DNA of 64,000 nt from Bdellovibrionales bacterium (GTDB lineage Bacteria; Bdellovibrionota; Bdellovibrionia; Bdellovibrionales; JAUICD01): the NCBI GenBank assembly GCA_965197425.1, contig CBDANC010000014.1, forward strand, positions 64,001 to 128,000, given 5' to 3'. Shown one piece after another: positions 10,101 through 18,779 of this stretch. The notes beneath the pieces are model-generated. The model saw only the letters and a program-made list of their open reading frames with translations, had not been told where the DNA came from and ran no database searches. How positions within the stretch are numbered: position 1 is the stretch's first letter; each line of letters opens with the position of its first letter. Both the position numbers and the translations under genes were made by a program.

Positions 10101-10217
10101 CGGCAGCACATCTCTTTTTATGGTGAATATGGTGTACAAACCAACAACACACATAAACCCAGCAACAAGGTTTACTGTAAACGATCTATTAACAAAATAT
10201 TCTACTAACCACTTCAT
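7116..10217 (-). CDS. RND-family efflux permease (AcrB/AcrD/AcrF family)
   Basis: 1033 aa; GILVDDAIIVSE, GVAVNDSLIMVD, RLRAVILTTITT. Confidence 0.93.
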   Translation of the reverse strand: MKWLVEYFVNRSFTVNLVAGFMCVVGLYTIFTIKRDVLPPLEFQSIEIEVRLPGASPVDIEKWITFPIEDSLRGLPGVEEMTSNSRVGRTDIILKYFLDYPDIEESLELVRSRVDGLRANLPTSIERIEIARRKIDSILLMAVNIIGIDEKSSDHRRIVKRLERRIGGVRGVARVDNRMQPRHIYVRFNKEAVDNAELSVANIKSVIFEKLRFTSIGEFRTDEESISINLDDGIKSLDDFEDLSIATNTIGNELKLGQVAHVEYDLPDDRYIRLRDGQPAVTLRVRKDLASDALKLQRQVEGVLENFNDEVKSEKISAEISFDTPRFIKQQLDVMKSNGLFGLMLVLIILIIFLSPRVALMTTLGLPIAYLGAIALLPLFGISIDLLSMIGLILVLGILVDDAIIVSEKYTSNLEEGMAPKKAAVDAVVSLIIPVTGTVLTTIIAFSPIILLKNEISNMLFALPVVVILTLIFSWLESFFVLPNHLSHFVKQYKKAPIDNLFSKFQKLYKRLLTFMLGYRYLLLLFLTGLFVFTLHYTNDRVKKRFRLNIGPEQINVYAVFKENKSLRSTQEDLDPVHEALKPFLDKGIEAMSTTIGGMWADGRWRRGTRYSVIRLRVDKNITNPSRIKKQVLEEVKPILAGLKHDNMERLAAEAIRWGQEEDKQDIVSVKVRGNERLDFHSLEQSIVAIGTNVEGIERFVDDPDRYQKEWKFSPDNRRLARYEMSRGDVTGQIRPYLSMDLIGYIRMDGETTEIYSELANIEEPEDIRELEDFTIKSSKGISIPLNLIGNWVNTRTLQQIRHMSGERELIVDFKVDRNVATPEQVMSRLDGALEDFISKNRDYEFAVEFGDEQEKKNREWAMKVVFYCMVGILVVLALILGSLTQPLLVILPAPFALVGVLWALYFHDLDMGLLAMIGFIGTVGVAVNDSLIMVDKINKITDGGKIRKRSLIIEGATSRLRAVILTTITTVGGILPMAYGIGGESGFTGPLAFSLGWGLMFATTLTLFALPALLCIRNDIINLGLKILRKDR

Positions 10218-10266
10218 TGATTTATCTATATTATTGTTTTACCAATATCATTATACTATCCATATG

Positions 10267-11676
10267 TTATTCCGTACAATAATTTGGCAACTTGTTATTG
10301 ATGACTAAATGATTAAGGCTTTCTGTAAAAAATTGAGCCTCTGAAACAACCAAGTCTATTAGCTCTCTATTTAATTTATTTCTAATTAGTAAGTAAGCTT
10401 CAAACTCTATTTGACCTAGTTTTAGTTTATTAAATGCTAATCCCAATTGTTCCTTTGAATTTTTAGTAACCTCAGTAAGGGTAGCAATTTTTGTTTTAAG
10501 ATTTTTTAGATTAGTATATATGACAAGTTTTTGCTGTTCTAATTGTTGTTTTCTAAGTTTCAAATTTAAGTTTGCTATTTCATAGTTAGATAAAGATTGG
10601 TTTACTGATTCAAAAAGTTTTCTGCTATAAATAGGCCACTTTAAATTCATCCCAACCATAACATAGTTATCATTTACTTCGTTAAATGTATTTTGTCCCG
10701 CTTTTAATATTAATCCAACATCTGGTTTTTTCCATGAAGGCAACAACTTCACCTCAAGCTCACTTGCCTTGACCCTTAGTTCATATGCTTCAAGCTGATC
10801 TTCAATATCCGTAGTAGCAAAACTTTCGATTGTTAGAGGTTCCAATAATTTGTGAATCTGGTTTTTGGATAACAAAGCCATTGTCTCTTTCTGTAATTCC
10901 AAATTAGCCTGTATTTCTATAAAATTTTGTTTTGTTTCTAAAAAGTCTGTCTTGGCAGATAAAAAAGCATCACGAGTTATAAGTCTTCGATTGTAAGCAC
11001 GGGTAACTGCATCCAGAGCTACTTTTGCATCTTCCATGGTTTGCTTATTTATTTCCAGCGTTTTTTGTAATACCAGAGTATCCATGTACTTTTTTGTTTC
11101 TACCTGACACAATCCAGCCTTAAAATTTTCTAACATAATTCTTTCTGCATCTAATAGATGCTTTGATTTTCTAATCCTTATTCTATCATCCCTTCCAAAT
11201 GCATTGTTGATCAGCTGTTGTGTATACTGAGCAAAATAATCTTCCCTGGAATCTATATTGCTATATGATAAATTAAACGAACCCCCAAACCCAATACCCT
11301 GTAAAAGTGAGACATTAGAGTTTATGGTATTAGAGTCTATAATATTAGAATTAATGTCAGAAACCTTATCAGACCTACTACTATCCCCAACTATCTCCGA
11401 AATAAAACTAGCCTTATCAGACAAATACTGGCTTTGTACTATCTTTAACTGCTGCTTGCTAACTTTAAAACTTAGATCATTTTTCAAAATACCCTTAAGA
11501 TATTTATCTATAGTAAACTCCTCGTTTACATCAATGGAAGATTGATCCTCCGGTTTACTAACAGGAGCATTTTCTACATTTACACTATTAGTACCTACAT
11601 TATCTGCATCTGCACTCTCAGCACCTACAGTTTTGTAAACACAAATTATTATTAGAATTAAAAATAGTTTTTTCAT
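10267..11676 (-). CDS. TolC-family outer-membrane efflux protein
   Basis: Signal peptide, coiled-coil repeats, GMNLKWPIY strand; directly upstream of the RND permease. Confidence 0.75.
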   Translation of the reverse strand: MKKLFLILIIICVYKTVGAESADADNVGTNSVNVENAPVSKPEDQSSIDVNEEFTIDKYLKGILKNDLSFKVSKQQLKIVQSQYLSDKASFISEIVGDSSRSDKVSDINSNIIDSNTINSNVSLLQGIGFGGSFNLSYSNIDSREDYFAQYTQQLINNAFGRDDRIRIRKSKHLLDAERIMLENFKAGLCQVETKKYMDTLVLQKTLEINKQTMEDAKVALDAVTRAYNRRLITRDAFLSAKTDFLETKQNFIEIQANLELQKETMALLSKNQIHKLLEPLTIESFATTDIEDQLEAYELRVKASELEVKLLPSWKKPDVGLILKAGQNTFNEVNDNYVMVGMNLKWPIYSRKLFESVNQSLSNYEIANLNLKLRKQQLEQQKLVIYTNLKNLKTKIATLTEVTKNSKEQLGLAFNKLKLGQIEFEAYLLIRNKLNRELIDLVVSEAQFFTESLNHLVINNKLPNYCTE

Positions 11677-12788
11677 AACGGTTTTGTATCTTTACTGTCT
11701 TTAACGATCTTATAAATATATCCAGAATCTGTTGAAAAGTATATTTCACCAGTTTCCGGTTTTTCCTCTACATGTCTTAGACGATCTTCTATCTCAAGTC
11801 TGCTTTCATCCACAACTTGATTATCTTCATTTAGTTTCAGTTTATTTAGGTGGTCAAATTTAAGTGCAGTGGAAAAGAGATCTCCTTTCCAACTTCTAAA
11901 CATTTTTCCAGAGTAGACCATAAGGGAGCTAGGAGCAATTGATGGTGTAAAATATTTTACAGGTTGCTCCAAGCCTGTCTTTCGAGCTGGTCCTATTGAT
12001 GGACCCCAGTATTCTTTTCCATATGTGATAGTAGGCCAACCGTAATTTTTTGATTTTTGTACAACATTTATTTCATCACCACCTCTGGGTCCGTGTTCCT
12101 GCTCCCAGAGTGTATTGCGATCCCTGTCGTAATATAAACCTTGAGGATTTCTATGACCTAAACTCCATACAGCTGAATCAAAAGGGTTATCAGAAGGTGT
12201 TGTGCCGTCTTCATTGATCCTTAGAATTTTTCCTAAATGTGAATCTAGTTTTTGTGCGTTTCCTCTTTCACCTCTATCTCCAACTCCAAAAAATACTTTT
12301 CCATTTTTTAGAACAATCCTAGATCCGAAATGTCGACCACCAGTCCCCGGAGGGTTTGATCTAAATATAATGGTATTTGTTACCTTATCTTCAAGAAGCG
12401 TTGCCTTGGAGATCACAGTCCCAATACCTTCCCCATACCTCAGAATATAAGAAAAAAACAAAAGTTTATTAGTCGAAAAGTCAGGATGAATCTTTACATC
12501 CATTAAACCCCCTTGACCATGCTCCAATGTGTTTTCAAACTTATGAATTTGCTTTAGGGAGTCAGCACTTTTGATAAGCACCTTTCCGGATTTTGTGGTA
12601 ATAATAATTCTGTTATCAGGCAAAAAATCAAACCCCCATGGTATGTCAGAAATTTTAACCACTTCAATAATTTTAAATGTTTCACCTGAAAAAGAATAAT
12701 TCCTCTCAATAGCTCCTGAAGCACAAGAAATTCCTGCAGTAAAGGAAAAATAAAAAATAAGAAATGAAACCTTTTTCTTCAAAATCAT
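11673..12788 (-). CDS. PQQ-dependent sugar dehydrogenase (aldose dehydrogenase family)
   Basis: GQGGLMDV, HFGSRI, GHRNPQGL, EHGPRGGDEIN, NYGWP, PSIAPS. Confidence 0.92.
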   Translation of the reverse strand: MILKKKVSFLIFYFSFTAGISCASGAIERNYSFSGETFKIIEVVKISDIPWGFDFLPDNRIIITTKSGKVLIKSADSLKQIHKFENTLEHGQGGLMDVKIHPDFSTNKLLFFSYILRYGEGIGTVISKATLLEDKVTNTIIFRSNPPGTGGRHFGSRIVLKNGKVFFGVGDRGERGNAQKLDSHLGKILRINEDGTTPSDNPFDSAVWSLGHRNPQGLYYDRDRNTLWEQEHGPRGGDEINVVQKSKNYGWPTITYGKEYWGPSIGPARKTGLEQPVKYFTPSIAPSSLMVYSGKMFRSWKGDLFSTALKFDHLNKLKLNEDNQVVDESRLEIEDRLRHVEEKPETGEIYFSTDSGYIYKIVKDSKDTKPL

Positions 12789-12834
12789 ACAGGAAAATTA
12801 ACACAATCAAGTTTAATACAAAAGAAAAAAACCC

Positions 12835-12960
12835 CAGGGTGAGGCTAGTGAGTACAAAAACAACGGGACTTGTTACGTTTTTTTGTACGAACGCCTGTTT
12901 CCAGGCAAGCACTCTTTAGCTGTGTATTTACTCAGCAACAGAACTAATTTATAAACCCTG
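12835..12960. repeat. Multi-hairpin intergenic segment, possibly a divergent member of the dispersed repeat family
   Basis: Stems CAGGGT/ACCCTG, GTACAAAAA/TTTTTGTAC, GCCTG/CAGGC; 12837-12864 matches 22565-22592 at about 21/28. Confidence 0.45.
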
Positions 12961-12989
12961 ATTGCTTAGAAGAATAGAATTTTACTACC

Positions 12990-13880
12990 TTAAAATAAAA
13001 CGTGGGCCACTCCTTCATGGTTTTCAACAATTTTTATTGCTTTTGTATTAGAAAATGTCAGCATATACGCATGATGAATACTAAGAACTAAATCTTGCAA
13101 TTTATCATCTTTCTCCAATTCTTCAATATGTAATCCTTTTTCTTTACATTTTTTAATACCTATATGACGATTATGAAAAGAATCTTCATTCATATCTTCG
13201 CCCAATGCTTTTACGATTTTTTCAGCTTTCGTTTCATAATCATCTTCATCACTAGATAACATACCTGTTTTAATCCAGTCTTTTACTAATTCACGAGTAA
13301 AGTGAATGACTTTGTCTGCATGAACAATAAGGGTAGGGTTGTATTTTTGAAAAAGTATAGGCCATATATTGCTATGCTGAGGCCGTTTTTTTATATCTTC
13401 TATAGCTGTTTGAAAAGATTTTCTAATACTATAAGCGGGTAACCCGCCTATTTGTGGATCAATAGATCCAAGTGAAGAATGTTTTCCCATGTGTATAAGC
13501 TTTGAAGAACAAGCTATCATTGTGCCAGCAGATTGTGCTAATTGAGGAACGAATACCTCTATATTTATTCCAAACAAGTCTCTTAAATATTGTACTATTT
13601 TTTCTGTGGCTTCTATCCCTCCGCCTGGGGTATGCAAAACTAGGTCTAATCCAATATTTCTATCTAGCCCCTTTACCACAGACATAAGGGCATGAATATC
13701 AGCATCATTAATCATCATATTATACTGGTTAGGTAGTTGCGATTTCTGTAACCAGCCTGAGTAATAACAAACGATATTTCTTTCTCTACACTTGTGAAGT
13801 AAACTTAAATATTTTCTTCTAGTTACATCAACGCTATAACCAGACTGAATCTCTTGTAATATTTCGTTCCAAGAAGGCAT
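12990..13880 (-). CDS. ClpP-class (SDH/S49-like) serine protease
   Basis: LDLVLHTPGG, AQSAGTMIA, SSLGSIDPQ. Confidence 0.88.
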   Translation of the reverse strand: MPSWNEILQEIQSGYSVDVTRRKYLSLLHKCRERNIVCYYSGWLQKSQLPNQYNMMINDADIHALMSVVKGLDRNIGLDLVLHTPGGGIEATEKIVQYLRDLFGINIEVFVPQLAQSAGTMIACSSKLIHMGKHSSLGSIDPQIGGLPAYSIRKSFQTAIEDIKKRPQHSNIWPILFQKYNPTLIVHADKVIHFTRELVKDWIKTGMLSSDEDDYETKAEKIVKALGEDMNEDSFHNRHIGIKKCKEKGLHIEELEKDDKLQDLVLSIHHAYMLTFSNTKAIKIVENHEGVAHVLF

Positions 13881-13886
13881 TTAGCT

Positions 13887-14102
13887 TTAAATAAATTTTC
13901 CTTGTTTAGTTGTCCCTGCTAGTTTTATCTTAGGACTTTTTTGGTCAGAAAAATTGTTTTTAAACACCTCTTCAACAATAGCCCTACCGTATTCCTCAGG
14001 AGTTTTAGTCGGTGGATCTTCAAAGGGGATATTATATTTCCTGTAAAAGCTATATACCTGTTTTTCGAAATCCTTAGCCTTTTTGTTCTTTTGTCCAGTC
14101 AT
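13887..14102 (-). CDS. Small hypothetical protein upstream of the protease
   Basis: About 71 aa from ATG 14102; 6-bp gap to the protease gene. Confidence 0.6.
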   Translation of the reverse strand: MTGQKNKKAKDFEKQVYSFYRKYNIPFEDPPTKTPEEYGRAIVEEVFKNNFSDQKSPKIKLAGTTKQGKFI

Positions 14103-14164
14103 AAAAACTCTAGCCATAATACAATTTTTAAACAGGCAAGTCAATGCCAATAGATGGTGATTAG

Positions 14165-16231
14165 CTATATTGATGAAATAATATCATTAAAAGTTTTAGA
14201 GGGCCTCATAGCCTTAGATACTTTATTGTGATCAGGGTTATAATATCCCCCTATATCAACTCTTGTACCCTGTACTTTTAAAAGCTCATCTATTATTTGC
14301 TCTTCGTTTTTAGCCAATGCTCTATAGGCTTCAGTAAATTTTAAATTTTCTAGAAGATACAGTGTCCAATAAAAATGACTTCCTCTTATATCTAACTCTC
14401 TTACATTTCTTTTAGGGAATTTATTTTCCCTTATTAACTTGTAGTTGGCTTTCCTGATAGCATTAGCCAACTCAACCAAATCTTTATTATGCAAAGCCAA
14501 ATCATTCATAAGCTCTGAAATTGCCAAAAACTCCCCCAGAGAGTTCCATCTTAGATGATTTTCTTCCAAAAATTGTGCTACATGCTTTGGAGCAGACCCT
14601 CCAGCTCCTGTCTCGTATATCTTTCCGCCCGATAAAAGGGGTACAGTTGAGAGCATTTTAGAGCTAGTACCAGCTTCTAGAATGGGGAATAGATCAGTGA
14701 TATAATCTCTCAAAACATTTCCCGTAGCACAGACAATATTTTGACCCGATTTTATTCTTTCAAGAGTTTTTAAAGTAGCGTCCTTTATATTAAGTATTTC
14801 AAAATCTTTGTTTTTTAGTTTGTCTATTAAAATTTTATCATGCGACCTTTTATCATCCAGACAAACTATAGTCTCTTCTTCAGATCTCTCTATGAGATTA
14901 ATCCAATCTGAAATTGCAATATTTTTTGTAACACAAGATCTAACTATGTCATCCGACTGCAAGTTGCACTTAAGCAAAACACTTTGCTTCTCATCGATTA
15001 TCTCCACAACTCCATCAATATCTGCTTGAAAAGTTTTGTCATGTGAACCATATTCTTCAGCCTTCATTGCCATGAGACCTATATTAGACACACTCCCCAT
15101 TGTGGTTGGATCAAAACCCTTATTTTTTTTGCAAAATTCAATTGTCTGCTTGTATAGCTCAACATAACTTCTGTCTGGAATGATACATTTCACATCCAAC
15201 GAATTGCCTTTAGTGTCTGTCATCTTACCTGAGTCTTTTATTAAAAATGCCATTGAAGAATCAATAATCAAACTATTGGGGCTCTCTATACAGGTAACAC
15301 CTTTACCTGCTGAAGCTAGTGGAGAAGATTTTTGTAAATAATCCTCTATTACCTTTAATAGTTCTTTATTTTCTTTCTTTTTAAATTCAGATAATCCATT
15401 GGCAAAATTTATTTTAGAAAATCTTGATTCATTAGTCTCAACAATTTCATTAAGATAAGCTTTTACAAATTCACCAAAAATAATAGGATCAGAAACCTTC
15501 ATCATAGTGGCCTTTAAGTGAATTGATAATAAAACACTATCCTCCACGCTCTGTATTTGTGTTTTAAAAAATGTCCTTAATTTGTTTATATTCATGAAAG
15601 TTAGATCTATAACATCGCCTTTTTCTACCTCCATTGTTTTTATTTCTTTATTGTTAAAAATAAGCTTTAAGGTTTCACTTTTTACGGCTTCAATAGACTT
15701 TTCATTGTCATAGAAATCCCCTTCTTGCATGTGTGATACATGTGTTTTGGAATTTTCACTCCATTGTCCTATTAAGTGTGGATTTTCCTTTGCATGATCT
15801 TTTATGATTTTAGGTATATACCTTATGGAGTTACCTTCCCTAATAACCGGGTTTACAGCACTTCCTAAAACTCGGGAATACTTCTGTTCATCTTTTGATG
15901 TACCACTTGCTATTCCATCTGATTTAGGAAAATCAGGTATATTAAATCCTTGCTGTTGAAGCTCCAAAATTGCGTCTTTTAGCTGAGGCACAGATGCACT
16001 GATATTGGGGAGTTTTATCAAAAATGCATCTTTTTGCCTTACAAGTTCTTTTAAGCTTAAAAAATCATCATTTAGTAAGTCAAACTCGGCCAATACTCTT
16101 GCTGCAAGTGAAATGTCTTTTAATTCAATTTCAAGGTCATAGTGACTAAACACACTCTTTAGTATTGGCAAAAGTGATTGGGTAGCTAAAGCAGGTGCTT
16201 CGTCTGTCTTGGTATAATATATTTTTTGCAT
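14165..16231 (-). CDS. icd: Monomeric NADP-dependent isocitrate dehydrogenase
   Basis: [50 protein letters not shown]. Confidence 0.95.
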   Translation of the reverse strand: MQKIYYTKTDEAPALATQSLLPILKSVFSHYDLEIELKDISLAARVLAEFDLLNDDFLSLKELVRQKDAFLIKLPNISASVPQLKDAILELQQQGFNIPDFPKSDGIASGTSKDEQKYSRVLGSAVNPVIREGNSIRYIPKIIKDHAKENPHLIGQWSENSKTHVSHMQEGDFYDNEKSIEAVKSETLKLIFNNKEIKTMEVEKGDVIDLTFMNINKLRTFFKTQIQSVEDSVLLSIHLKATMMKVSDPIIFGEFVKAYLNEIVETNESRFSKINFANGLSEFKKKENKELLKVIEDYLQKSSPLASAGKGVTCIESPNSLIIDSSMAFLIKDSGKMTDTKGNSLDVKCIIPDRSYVELYKQTIEFCKKNKGFDPTTMGSVSNIGLMAMKAEEYGSHDKTFQADIDGVVEIIDEKQSVLLKCNLQSDDIVRSCVTKNIAISDWINLIERSEEETIVCLDDKRSHDKILIDKLKNKDFEILNIKDATLKTLERIKSGQNIVCATGNVLRDYITDLFPILEAGTSSKMLSTVPLLSGGKIYETGAGGSAPKHVAQFLEENHLRWNSLGEFLAISELMNDLALHNKDLVELANAIRKANYKLIRENKFPKRNVRELDIRGSHFYWTLYLLENLKFTEAYRALAKNEEQIIDELLKVQGTRVDIGGYYNPDHNKVSKAMRPSKTFNDIISSI

Positions 16232-16328
16232 TTTAAATTAAGGATAAATAGAAATCCATAAAAACTTAACTGAACAAAAATTATATGAGTGGGTTATAAA
16301 GTCAATATACTTTTTAAAAAATTTTAGC

Positions 16329-16808
16329 TTATTTATTCTTAAGTTTTATAAAAAACTGATTTAAAAGTTCTTTTACCTTCTCCTCTAATATCCCTTGAGT
16401 AAATGCAGCCTGGTGGTTTAATCTTTTATCCGAAAGAATGTCGTATAATGATACTAAAGCTCCTGCCTTAGGATCCCTAGCTCCAAACACAACATGAGAA
16501 ATTCTGGCATTTACAATCGCACCTGCACACATAATGCAAGGTTCCAGTGTTACATACATAGTGGCATCTGTTAATCTCCAGTTTTCTATTTTTTTACAAG
16601 CGCTTTGTATTGCTAAAATTTCTGCATGGTGTGTTGGGTTGTATTTTGTTTCTTTAGTGTTGTGAGCTTTGGATAATAATTTGTTATTTTGAACCACAAC
16701 AGCACCTACAGGTACTTCGTTTTTTTGTAGTGCTTTTCTTGCCTCCGAGATAGCAAGCTCCATCCACTTAATATGAGGGGCTAATGTATACGCATCTTGC
16801 TTTTTCAA
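16329..16808 (-). CDS. tadA: tRNA adenosine(34) deaminase
   Basis: EVPVGAV, HAE, YVTLEPCIMCAGA. Confidence 0.93.
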   Translation of the reverse strand: MKKQDAYTLAPHIKWMELAISEARKALQKNEVPVGAVVVQNNKLLSKAHNTKETKYNPTHHAEILAIQSACKKIENWRLTDATMYVTLEPCIMCAGAIVNARISHVVFGARDPKAGALVSLYDILSDKRLNHQAAFTQGILEEKVKELLNQFFIKLKNK

Positions 16809-16906
16809 AAATATTTTTCCTAATCGTTTTAAAAGAGTAAAAAAACTTGTTTCAAATCAAGTAAAGTAGTAGGTGTAAGAAAAACTTAAGTCAAACTTTT
16901 TAGCCT

Positions 16907-17818
16907 ATGAATGAAATTATCCTAACTGATGTATTAAATGGACTATCCCTTACTAAGAAGAAGGGATTGACATTTGACTTGGCTATTTGTGATCCACCTT
17001 ACAACATAGGCAAAAGGTTTGAAAAAAAATCAAACTCAATGTCACATGAAGATTACTTGGAATGGACAAAAAAATGGCTTTCAGGTGTATCTCTTGTATT
17101 AAAACCTCATGGTCTTATCTACATTTATGGATTTGCAGAAATCTTAGCTCATATTTCGGTACTTTTTCCAAAGGAAAACCAAAGATGGTTGGTTTGGCAC
17201 TATACAAATAAAACTGTTCCAAGCTCTAAGTTTTGGCAAAGATCCCATGAATCCATTTTATGTTTATGGACTTGCGAAAAACCAAACCTGTTAATTGATC
17301 AAATCAGAGAGCCTTACACCAAAAACTATCTAAGGTGTGGGGGAAAAGTAAGAAAAGATGTGCAATCCAGATTTGGCAACAATTTGACAAAGTATCAAGT
17401 ACACAAAAGAGGGGCTTTGCCTAGAGATGTAATCAAAATTCCTGCTTTGGCAGGGGGCGCAGGGTACAAAGAACGATGGTTTAAATGTGAAGATTGTGGC
17501 GATATATACCCGCCAAATCAACTAAAGAATCATTTTGATCATCAAACCTGGAAACACCCCACCCAAAAGCCTTTTGGATTAACAGAACGCCTAATTAGCT
17601 CTGTGGTTAGACCTTACGATACTAAAGCCTCCATTCTCATACCATTTGCAGGTTCTGGATCAGAGTGTATTGTAGCAAGAAGACTAGGGATAAACTTTCT
17701 GGGTTTTGAAAAATACCCCCCCTATGCACAGTTTGCCAACAGATGGCTTGATACATCTTCTTACCTAAAGCCGATTAAACCTAGTAAATTTGAACACATA
17801 CCACAGAATCAATACTAG
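16907..17818 (+). CDS. Orphan N6-adenine/N4-cytosine DNA methyltransferase (beta-class motif order)
   Basis: DPPY near the N-terminus, HPTQKP, PFAGSGS near the C-terminus; no adjacent endonuclease. Confidence 0.9.
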   Translation: MNEIILTDVLNGLSLTKKKGLTFDLAICDPPYNIGKRFEKKSNSMSHEDYLEWTKKWLSGVSLVLKPHGLIYIYGFAEILAHISVLFPKENQRWLVWHYTNKTVPSSKFWQRSHESILCLWTCEKPNLLIDQIREPYTKNYLRCGGKVRKDVQSRFGNNLTKYQVHKRGALPRDVIKIPALAGGAGYKERWFKCEDCGDIYPPNQLKNHFDHQTWKHPTQKPFGLTERLISSVVRPYDTKASILIPFAGSGSECIVARRLGINFLGFEKYPPYAQFANRWLDTSSYLKPIKPSKFEHIPQNQY

Positions 17819-17841
17819 AAGAATCAGGGAAGACTCTGTGA

Positions 17842-18051
17842 AACGGGATCGGCATCGTGTCCAAAGCTGGGCAACCACTAGGCAAAAAGTAACTGGTGTT
17901 GTATTACACCTTACAGAGCTGGGCAACTCTAATACTGAAAGTACCTTGGCTACATTTGTGCCTTGCACTGCATTTTGCCTAGGCAACTTTCAGTTTTAGC
18001 GAAGACCTTGATGAACAAATCCACTTATTTTTGCCTCGTTCGGAAGACCTT
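17842..18051. repeat. Dispersed intergenic repeat, right module, with a second unit nested inside (about 17891-18012)
   Basis: CTGGGCAAC at 17867 and 17919, GAAGACCTT at 18001 and 18043; flanks align with 56843-56935. Confidence 0.8.
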
Positions 18052-18119
18052 GTGCTTATAGGCCAGGTGTAGTAGAAGGCAGTTGCAGTTATAAGTTTTC
18101 ATAAAGGTGGTGATACTAA

Positions 18120-18326
18120 TTGACTTACATGAAAATAGGAGATGGCGATAACTTTGAACAATGTTTTAGAAGGTTCAAAAAGTTAGTTGAAAAAGCCGGT
18201 GTTTTATCTGACATGAAAAAGCACGAGTGTTACGAAAAACCAAGTGTAAAAAATAAGAAAAAACGTATGGCAGCCAGAAAGAGAGTTTTGAAAAAAATAA
18301 AAAAGGGTCATGATCAGAGTTTTTAA
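18120..18326 (+). CDS. rpsU: 30S ribosomal protein S21
   Basis: RRFKK...G....K.HECYEKPSV; rpsU-yqeY-dnaG-rpoD context. Confidence 0.93.
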   Translation: MTYMKIGDGDNFEQCFRRFKKLVEKAGVLSDMKKHECYEKPSVKNKKKRMAARKRVLKKIKKGHDQSF

Positions 18327-18328
18327 AA

Positions 18329-18778
18329 ATGGATTTTATTGAAAAAATAGATTCTGAGATAAAGCTTGCAATGAAAGCTAAGGATATGAAATCTCTAAGT
18401 GTGTTGCGATATCTAAGATCTCAGATTAAAAACAAAGAAATTGAGCTTAGACCAGAAAGCATTAAATCCTCTGACATTTTTCAAGTGATAAGAAAGCTAG
18501 TGAAACAACAAGAGGGCGCTTTAGAGCAATTTAAGTCTGCTGACAGATCGGAGCTTGTAGAAGGTGCCAAAAATGAAATTAGCATCTTTAAAAAATTCTT
18601 ACCAAAGGAATTAGGAGAAGAGGAACTAGGACAAGTGGTAAAACAAGTTATAGCGGAGCTAAATGCCACCTCACTTAAGGATATGGGTAAAGTTATGAAG
18701 ACAGTCTTAGCAAAAACAAATGGAATGGCTGACCCCAAAAAAACCAGTGCTATTGTAAAACAAAATCTTGGTGTCTAG
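18329..18778 (+). CDS. yqeY: GatB/YqeY-domain protein
   Basis: AMKAKD...LR, KDMGKVM. Confidence 0.9.
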   Translation: MDFIEKIDSEIKLAMKAKDMKSLSVLRYLRSQIKNKEIELRPESIKSSDIFQVIRKLVKQQEGALEQFKSADRSELVEGAKNEISIFKKFLPKELGEEELGQVVKQVIAELNATSLKDMGKVMKTVLAKTNGMADPKKTSAIVKQNLGV

Positions 18779-18779
18779 A

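Noticed and set aside
12845..12910. Hammerhead ribozyme (CTAGTGA-stem-GAAC-stem; CTAATGA-stem in other copies)
   Set aside because: Deviates from CUGANGA/GAAA at invariant positions and has no clean stem I; at most a decayed resemblance
14165..16231. icd as a pseudogene because it is shorter than typical ~740-aa monomeric IDH
   Set aside because: The ORF is uninterrupted and keeps conserved N- and C-terminal motifs; likely a compact variant
17790..17999. Remnant restriction endonuclease downstream of the methyltransferase
   Set aside because: The short ORFs here overlap the non-coding repeat and show no nuclease motif
17891..18012. HDV-like ribozyme (GCTGGGCAAC, hairpin, GCGAAG resembles the HDV P4/J4-2 region)
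   Set aside because: No upstream P1/P2/P3 partners found, and other copies lack the would-be catalytic C
17864..18051. CRISPR-like mini-array from repeated AGCTGGGCAAC and GAAGACCTTG
   Set aside because: Repeats are only 9-11 nt, irregularly spaced, with no cas genes; a nested repeat explains them better
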